Positions 1 through 9,300 of a DNA stretch of 64,000 nucleotides are shown one piece after another; the first letter of the stretch is position 1; every line of letters begins with the position of its first letter. The translations under genes and the position numbers were made by a program. This stretch comes from Macrostomum lignano (lineage: Eukaryota). The notes beneath the pieces are model-generated. The model was given only the letters and a program-made list of their open reading frames with translations, made no database searches and was not told where the DNA came from. The DNA lies in assembly GCA_002269645.1 (NCBI GenBank), contig NIVC01000010.1, forward strand, positions 992,001 to 1,056,000, in the 5' to 3' direction.

Positions 1-66
1 CAGAAATCTGTGAGCAGTCGCCGCCCAGTGGGTGGTCGCATAGTAGCTGATAGGGGGTCCGATCTT

Positions 67-320
67 AGTGCAACCCCTGCCCCAGCACCCACCCCCTCCG
101 GAACCCCTGCCCCAGCACCCACCCCCTCCGCAACCCCTGCCCCAGCCCCCACCCCCTCCGCAACCCCTGCCCCAGCACCCACCCCCTCCGCAACCCCTGC
201 CCAGCACCCACCCCCTCCGGAACCCCTGCCCCAGCACCCACCCCTCCGCAACCCCTGCCCCAGCACCCACCCCCTCCGCAACCCCTGCCCCAGCACCCAC
301 CTCCTCCGCAACCCCTGCCG
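67..320 (+). repeat. 30-bp C-rich tandem repeat (GCAACCCCTGCCCCAGCACCCACCCCCTCC) encoding ATPAPAPTPS ahead of the Pol eta core
   Basis: About 8 copies read directly; two copies each lack one C (near 200 and 241). Confidence 0.9.
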
Positions 321-3300
321 CTCCCCCATCTGGCGGAGACAGAGTCATCGCCCTAATCGACATGGACTGTTTCTACGTTCAAGTTGAGCTGCAGCATTGT
401 CCCGAAAGCATTGGCAAGCCGGCTGTAGTTGTTCAATACACTGGCGCCGGCCTCTTAGCCGTGTCCTACGAGGCGCGTGCACTGGGCGTTCGGCGCCACA
501 TGAGGCTGGCAGACGCGCAGCGCATCTGTCCCAGCCTGAAGGTGTTCCAAGTGCCGGAGAAGCGCGGCAAAGCCGACATCTCGCGCTACCGTCAGGCTTC
601 GGACGCCGTCATGTCCGCGCTGAGCCAGTTGAGTACGCAGTTTCAGAAGGCTTCAATTGATGAGGCCTACGTTGACTTGACCGAACGTGTGGACGGCATG
701 CTTGCTGAGTCCAGCGACTCCTGCTTGGACATGCTGAAGCCGGAGCGATTAAAATCTACCTGCATGGCAGTCGGAGGTCAGGAGGCGCTCTCTGATTGGC
801 TCAATAGTGGCCTAGAAACCGCTGCCGGTATGACGCGGGAACAGCGACTTCGGTATCACGATTTGAGACTAGTAGTGGGAGCCTGTCTGGTTGAGGATGT
901 TAGGTGAGTTGATGTGTATGTGAGCGTGTGTATGATGTGTATGTTCGCTACTTACTAACATGTTAATATTCATCACACCTTGTAGGTCCGAAGTTCGAGC
1001 CCGCCTAGGCTACAACTGCAGCGCCGGCTTGGCTGGCACAAAAACTTTAGCTAAAATTAGCGCCGGCGCTAACAAACCCGCGCGGCAAACGTTGGCGCCC
1101 TGGTCGATGGCGCCGGAATTGATGGCGCCGATGCCGCTAGACCGGGTGCCCCGGCTTGGCGGCAAATTGGGCCGAGCAATCAGCGCCCTGCTCGGCGGCA
1201 ATGCCACCGTGGCCGACGTGCTTGCCGCGTCCGAGGCCTCCGTCCTGTCCGCCGAACTCGACTCGGCCAGTGTCCGGTACGCCAGGGAGCTGTGCCGCGG
1301 TATTGACGGCGGCGAGGCTGTTGTGCCTCGATTGGCGCAGACTTCGCTGGGCTGTTCGAAAAATTTCTACGAACCGATTCGCGATTCGGCTACGCTACGG
1401 CGATGGCTGGGCGAACTGGGCGACGAGCTGTTTGAACGGCTGACGCAGGACCGGGTGGAGCATCGGTTAGTGCGCTGGGTGCTTTTGTGTGCCTTGTCTT
1501 ATTAGCTAGTTACTCATCTGTATACCTGTCTGCTTATCTATCTACCTGTCTGCTTATCTACATACCTGCCTACTTATCTACCTACTTGCGTACTTTTCTA
1601 CCTACCTGCCTACTTATCTACCATCCTGCCTACTTATCTACCTACCTGCCTACTTATCTATCTACCTGTCTGCTTATCTACATACCTGCCTACTTATCTA
1701 CCTACTTGCGTACTTGTCTACCTACCTGCCTACTTTTCTACCATCCTGCCTACTTATCTACCTTGCTGCCTACTTATCTACCGTCCTGCCTACTTATCTA
1801 TCTACCTGTCTACTTATCTACCTTCCTGCCTACTTATCTACCTTCCTGCCTACTTATCTACCTTCCTGCCTATTTATCTACCTTCCTGCTTACTTATCTG
1901 CCTTCCTGTCTACTTTTCTACCTTCCTGCCTACTTATCTTCCTATCTGCCTACCTTCTCTACCTTATCTACCTACCTTATGTACTCGTCTACCTGCATTA
2001 CCTGAAATTATGCTGACCTTATCTACCTATCCGCCTACTTTACCCTGTAAAAAATTCGGCTGCTTCTTCGGCGGATTTTTTTGTGCAAAATAGGAGTGGA
2101 ATCTACCGAAATCCCCCCTATCTCACAAGAGTTAAAGAAACCACCCAGGAAGCAGCCGATGTGATCGTAAATTGTGCGGAAACCACCGAAAAATCACCCG
2201 AACCAGTGGCCCATGGGACAACCAGAGAATTATTTACGGTCGATTCCTCGGCGGTTTCTCAGAAAAGCAGGACTGTGAAATGCCGACAAAAAGATGTTTC
2301 AGTTTGGCTGCTCATGACGTTATAAAATGAATGTCCCGATTCTGACCCCCAGAATCTCGCAAGTATTACCCACAGGATTTTGCAATGGTTACCCACCGGA
2401 TCTTATAATTACACAAGAATCTCCTTCTCTGCTGATAGGTCTACCAGAGTTGCCCAAGAATGTCTTATACTTTGAAAGTTAAAATATTAACAATGCGCTT
2501 CGCTTAAATGTTCACAATAGCTGCAAGTCCAGCAACTCGCCTTGTACCTCCACTGGAGGGCCGTCGTTACTGTCACCGGCGGTGTAAATGATTGCCGCCT
2601 GTTCTGCGTCTTCTTGACCCTCCATCCGAACAGGAAGAGCCTTGCGCAGAACGTTGGGACTTGAGGCCAATGGCATTCTTTTTTTCGCCTTCCACTGTTT
2701 TGTGGCAGCTCGGCGAGCCGCGATGACAGCGGCAGGCTTCGCTTTCATCTTCGCCGTAGCCCGGCATTGCTTGAATCCTAGATGGACGTCCTCTTTACCA
2801 GCTGGGATGCCGATGTCGGCACAGAAGAGCTTCATGGCCCTAATTTTTTCTGGACAAGGCGCGTGCATTTCCTGCTCACCGACGCATCGTCCCGAGAAAT
2901 TGGCTGTTAGCAGCTCGTCGCTGCTGAAAACAGCTCGCAACACGGACCTTAAAACCCGGCTTTCCGCCCTCTTCACTGACTTGGCTACAGCATCCAAGTC
3001 GACGGTGTTGGGGTGCGACAGCTTGACTATCCGCAATTGCTCTACGCGCCTGCGGATATCCGTCTGGGGGTCCTTCCTGATTAGGAGTCGCAGTAGTTCC
3101 GGCCGATTGGTGGACAGTGGGACTTCGACGGCACCATCTACAGCAGCCTCGACGCTTTCGGAGGCAGAAGTCGGCATCCTCCCTTCTGATACAGCACCGT
3201 CGCCTGTGCCAGAAATTCCGTTTCTTATCGTCACCGTCATCGGTTCACTGCCGCTCAGGACAGCATTGGCGGCATTTAATGCGTCAGTGAACTCCGAAAG

Positions 3301-6300
3301 CGGCTGCGCCACAGAGCACAGAGCGGAGCGAGCTTCATTAAGCCGCTTTTCGGAGCTCTGAAGCTGCGCGCGGAGGCTTTCATTTTCGGCCTGCAGCTCC
3401 TGGACCTGCAAATCGCAGGCCATTGCACGGTCTTCGTGTGCAGCAACGGACGCCTCGCATTCCATGCGGAGTCGCACCTCTTGAAGGAGCTCGACACCTA
3501 GCAGACAAATGCGACTAAAGATAATGACTTTGTGATCACGCATAAAGGGATTTTTAACAACAGGAAGTTCACTTACGGACGTTGACAACAACACATTGGT
3601 TTTCAAGCAGACTTCGCCTCATGCCGGTGCATCCGTCGCATGCCGACTGCACTTCGATGTCACCGTAGTCAACGGTGGCACAAAGCCGCACCGAGTCATA
3701 CGAGTAAGCAGCCTTTTCGCTGACAAACGGCCCTTTCAGTAGGATTCTGGAGTACAGGGTGCTTCCGGAGCCCGAAGCGCGCACCTCGACCATTGTGCCC
3801 TTGACAAGATGGCCCCCGGACCTCAACCCGTACGCGAACTTGATCTGGCTCTCAGCAGCCACTCCTGTTTTAGATTAGGGGTACTGTACCCCCCACCAGT
3901 ACGGATTGCCGCCTGGTTGCGGCACGAAGGGCTGCCAGACTTCATCGTACCCATCGAGCGGCGACCTAGCAGCACCTGACTTGGGCCTGGTAGATGCGTC
4001 GTATCCTGCGGAGACGGCTGCAGCACCGCCGCCAGCAACAGCAGCACCGGTAGCGGAAGCACCGGAAGTGCAAGCACGGGCAGTAGAAGCACCGGAAGTG
4101 GAAACACCGGTAGCAGCCGCCGCAGTGCCAGCAGCGGCGAGACGCAGCTTGCCACTAAACGCCGAGCTTCTGGGGATGCAAGCGTCAGTAAAATCTAAGC
4201 CATCCCCGCCGCCAGACGAATCGCTCTTCAGCGAAGCAGGTTTATTTTGTGTGGCGGCGGCAGACTTCAAATTCGAAGTAGTTTTCTTTTTTAGGTCCGT
4301 AGTGACTTTCTTCTTCGGCTCGCGAAGGTTGCGTTTGGGCGGCGAGGACGCACTGGCACTTAAAGCAGCTGGCCGCTTTTCATTTTTTTTGCCCATGGCG
4401 TCAAATGGCTGAAATGGATTGGTATAGACAACATGGGCTGGCATAATTCTGTCTGTGAATTCTTGTCTGTGAATTATCTTCTTGTGATGATTTATGACTC
4501 CGATGAATATGAAATATGAATTGATTCAGTCGGAGGAAAAAACATGGAACTGAGGCGATGAAAGTAAGTGGTGTCTAAAGAAGTGAAAAACTCAATACTG
4601 ACATTAACAAACGTCTTAACAGGTGCTAGATCAAAGAGCACAGTAGTAGGGCTTAATGTCTATGTATATATTGCTTTTTTTTCTACCCAATTGACAACAG
4701 TAAGTGGCCGAGCTGAAATTTCATAATGCAGGTGTCATTTGTCAGCTTTCGGGTCAGCATTAGGCTGACGGTCCTTCGACGGACCGGCCGAGGCTCCTTT
4801 TAGAGGCCGCATTCGTCGCTTTCCAACTTTCATATCCGACAACGGCGCTTCTGGTGGAGTGTCAGGCATGTCAATCCGCCAGAAGTTGGGGTCATGCTTC
4901 ATCCTTGGCTGGTTGCACCTGTGCCGACCATGCTGCTGCAGCCTCCGTCGCCTTGACTCCGAAGACAAGTCCGCAAACCAGGCTTCGCAGTCCGGGCAGC
5001 ACTGCGGAGCAAGCTCCTGGCGGTCAGCACGTCGACAGACTGTCGAGATGTAAGCGTACGATGGCCCTTTTTTCTCGGGGAGACGGTTGAAGTCGGCCTT
5101 CATGGCGGCTGAACGGGAACTTTCCAGCTGGGTCGACTGAGCAGCCCCAGAAAAGCCTGCTTTAGAGCAGGCGGAAGGTGGCGATGGCGACCATCTTTGG
5201 CTGTCGGCCAGCAGCTCCTCGGGTCCCTGTGTTTCTGAACCGACATCGGGGTCAGGTTCGTCATCGTGCTCGTCCTCGTCCCAGGCCAGGCCCGCGAACA
5301 GGGATGGCGACTCTGGGTGGACCTGTTTGCCGCGGCTGGCCAGCAGCTCCTCGGGTCCCTGTGTTTCTGAACCGACATCGGGGTCAGGTTCGTCATCGTC
5401 CTCGTCCTCGTCCCAGGCCAGGCCTACGAACAGGGACGTCGGGACGAGTTCGTCGAATATGCGGGACCAATCGGGAGCTTCATCCATTTGCGGCGTAGTT
5501 GCGTAGTGCGCGCTGAAATGGTTTGTGTAATTGTAACAGACGTGTAAGTGAAAGGAGCATGTCAGGATAATGTATGTATACATAGGACTCCTATAGGACT
5601 ACTACTGCCATGCGCTACTCCATTTTCTGACTATGTAGGACGATTAAATTACGACAAACGACTGAAGCTACTGCACTGCATATAAAAAACACCTAAGAGT
5701 AACCGACAAAGATTCACTGGTTTGATGTTTCGAATTTGTTGCATAATTTACAGATGCATTGTTATGCAGTAGTACGGTAAAACAATGAGGGGAATTATTA
5801 CTATTACGAAAAAAAGTAATGCAACGTAAGCTAGCACAGGACGCATTCTGCACACATCGATTTCCCTAAAGTGAAGTAAGTCCGAGACCAGTTAACTGAT
5901 CGAAGTCAAGACGAAACAGTCTGCGCGTGGGGAAGCATAGCTACGGACTGCTCAGTTACAGCGCAGCACGCCACAATCTGCTCAATAGGCGTCTCGCTTG
6001 TTGTAGCCAAGTTCCCAAACGGGGAGCACGTTAGGCGCCGTACATGACTGAGCCGGCATCCGCGATTATCGGAGTCCGGCAAAACGCCTGCAATTGCCCT
6101 CAAGCTGTCGATCTCGGGTTCCTGAACTTCCAAGTCTCGGAGTGTCAAAGTTACGCGTTCTTCTCCTTCTACTAAGCTAATAGCGTCGACTCTGGCAAAT
6201 CGAAAATTCGTAGGCGAGTTTCCGACCAAGTCGACGAAGCAGGACTGCACAGACTTCCTGGCATTGCAGGGGCGAAACACGTCAAATCGCAGCCCGCATT

Positions 6301-9300
6301 GGCGACTGGCAGAAAACCAAGTGACGACGTCACGCTCGCGTCGACCTCGAAGAGTGACATTCCCGACAACGCGGAGCAGCACGCGTCGCTTTTTCTCCGC
6401 AACACAGGGATGCGGGTCGCCGTTCAGTCTTGCCTGCATCAAAGAAATGCGCGTTTCTACGACATGCACCACTTCAATGTCTATGCTGCGAGATCCGCGA
6501 AGTTGATCGCCGACATGTCGATGGAGTCCCTCAAAAAGCGCCGCCGACTGCCGATGAATAGGCCCACCAATGTACGCATGCGCGACCATGTGGCTACAGA
6601 CTTGGTGGGCGTTGTAGGTTAAGGCCTTGATGGAGTATAGTGCCTGTAGCATGCAGTGGAAATGGCGCAGAGTACGATTCACTGCCGGCAATTCGGACAG
6701 TGGGGTCCGTTCGAAGGTGAGCCAAAATGCGGCGCTGGACAGGAGAATAAAATGGTGCCAATAGTCGGCAGGCAGGAAGTTTTCCAAGGCCATTGGGCCG
6801 TAAATGAGTAACCACATTTTGAACTCATGGCCTCTACTTCAGCTCCTTCAGCGACCTCAGTGGCCTTCGTTGGACGCAATGCGGAACGCAAATTGTAGCT
6901 AAAGCTTCGTCGACGAGGTGCCGCCTTGAATGCAGGTCAGGATTGCTTCCTGCCGGGTCCGGCTTCTCGCGCCTTACGCTGAACAACTGTAGCATAACCT
7001 AGCGGAACAGGCCGCTGAGAAGCTGATGGAGATAGCAGGGAGGTGTGCACCTCATGATGTCTAGCCCATGGAGATGGGATAGAGGCGAAGGGCCTTTAAC
7101 GCCCAACGTGTCGGATGTCCGCTGAAACGCGACGGCTGGTCCAAAATTTGTGACGCGGCTCTCTGCAAGCATCGCAGTGTCAGCAGAACATCGAACGGTC
7201 ACCTGTTCGCAGCCAGAGCTGCGTGCAAGATTTAACGTGGACCTCTTTACTTTCACTGGATACACTCGACCTGAGTCGTTCGGTCAAAATGTAACATTTG
7301 TCGCAGCCGTGCTTCGCGTTGAATAGAAATCGGCGGACTCCAACTTGCAACGCAAGATCGCCTGGGTATCGAATACCCAGAGGCATCCGACATCGTCGGA
7401 ATTACACGACGAGCACGTAGCACCTGGTCCTTGAAATCGACCTAGCGAACTGGAACCGCAAGCGTTGCAGACGCAGTGGCACACTGACGTTCCTGAGAAG
7501 GCGCTCATCGTCTTGAGCAGCTTGTTCAATTTGTAGGGCGTTTTGGGTAGCCTACAAGTTGGCATGAAGCAGTGCAAAATTTGCAGAAGCCTTTCGGTGC
7601 TTTTGACAGTCAGCCTAGCGTCCATAATAAAACCCAGCAAGCTGATCACGGCATCCCTGATGCTGACTTCTGAACCGGGGTAGAGCATGACATCCGGTTC
7701 CTCAGCGGACGAGTCATTTATTGTAGCGCAATTGCTACCATGAACGCCACAGTTTCCAGCCCTTGGTCCGCTGTTGTCTCCTTCATATCCTGTGCCACCC
7801 AGAGAGTCCTCGCTGTCCTGACTGTCACCCTCAGAATCGTCATCGCCTCCGCCGTCGCTGTCGCTGTCCTCGGACCCGCCGTCTTTGCTGCCGTCAGAAT
7901 CGTTGTCACCTCCGCCGTCACCGTCGCTGCCCTCACTATCACCGTCGCCTCCGCCGTCGCTGTCGCTGTCCTCGAGCCGCCGTCTTTGCTGCCGTCAGAA
8001 TCGTTGTCACCTCCGCCGTCACCGTCGCTGCCCTCGCTATCACCGTCGCCTCCGCCGTCGCTGTCGCTGACCTCGGAGTCGCTGCCCCCTCTGCCGTCAC
8101 CTTCGCTGCCCTTAGAATCGCCCCCCGCCGCTGCTATCGTCACCCCCAATGCCTGGCCGGCAGAAGGATCATCTTCAGCGTCGTCGCCAGCTCACCTTCA
8201 TTGGTAACCCTTCGTCGCTTTACAGTCTCACATTGGGCTCTTAGCCGATGTCGCCAGGAGCGCACGTTCCGAGCGTGGACGCACCTTCGGCAGTCGCAAT
8301 TTGCAACCTTGCTGTCGCATGCTCTTTCTCGGCTGATGCTAGGCCGACCAACAGGACGCGCCTGCTGAACCACGCCTTTTTGCCTTCGCGTGAACCAGTA
8401 GTCTGTGCGTGATTTCCTTTCCATGAAACGTCTGGCTGGAATGGTGGACATGAAATGGTATCCTACGTTGACGTCATAAACGTCTGACAGAAACGTCATA
8501 ACCATATGTTGGTCTACTGCCGGCAAACTCGTGGTATGGGCCCCTGTATATGATATCCTATTCTGCACCTGAATATTTACACCACGCGTTTAATTAAGAG
8601 TATTGACTCAACGCATAAGAAGCGGAGGGGGAGAAATTGGCAGCTGAGACTGATGTATATGGCGACTTTGTAACTGCCTATGTTATGCACAGCAATGTTC
8701 GTGCGCTATAGCTAACTAACTATACTGTGTTACTTTTACGAAAAGAAACAAATCCTCCGAATGCCTGGCGGCGGCAAGCAAACTCCGAATTGATATTAAA
8801 GTTTATTTACTGCACACGATAATCTACGTGCAAAAAAGCAAGCAAAAGCAATAATTTACAGACTCGTCGCACACAAAAACATAAGCTTAGTCCAGTCAAG
8901 TAATATGAACGTAATATAAAACTGCCTTAAATATTTGGCTGCTTCCTGGGTTGATTCCACTCTGTTCAGGTGATTCTTCGGTTGATTCCATTTCGCCACC
9001 AAGAAGCACCGAGAAACCGCCCAGTTAGGTAGATTCCAAGCAAGGAATCATCCGATTGGTCTGTTTCCAGCGTTCGGCTGTTTCTTTTTCTGGAAACACC
9101 GCAGATTCCAACTGGAATCACCCAAAGAAACATCCCAATTTTTTAGCGGGTATCTACATTATTTACCTATACTTATCCGTCTGCTTAATAACGTACGTAC
9201 TTATCTACCTCCACCCACCCGCCCGCCCACTGCAGCCGCTGGCCCGGCCTACTGTGCGTGGCATTCGGCTGGGATCGGGGCTCTCGCCGGCTCAGCAAAA

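Larger units (their letters stand above)
2043..9150 (-). mobile_element. CACTA/EnSpm (CMC superfamily) DNA transposon, 7108 bp, non-autonomous, with passenger genes
   Basis: Left end CCCTGTAAAAAATT versus reverse complement of right end CCCGCTAAAAAATT (12/14). TA on both flanks. Inverted subterminal motifs at 2144-2157/8937-8950 (14 bp exact) and 2250-2260/9011-9021 (11 bp exact). Interrupts one minisatellite. Encodes Tnp2-type transposase remnants. Confidence 0.88.

Noticed and set aside
7740-8368. Plus-strand Ser/Pro- and Arg-rich ORFs
   Set aside because: Antisense of the transposase's duplicated acidic low-complexity tract.
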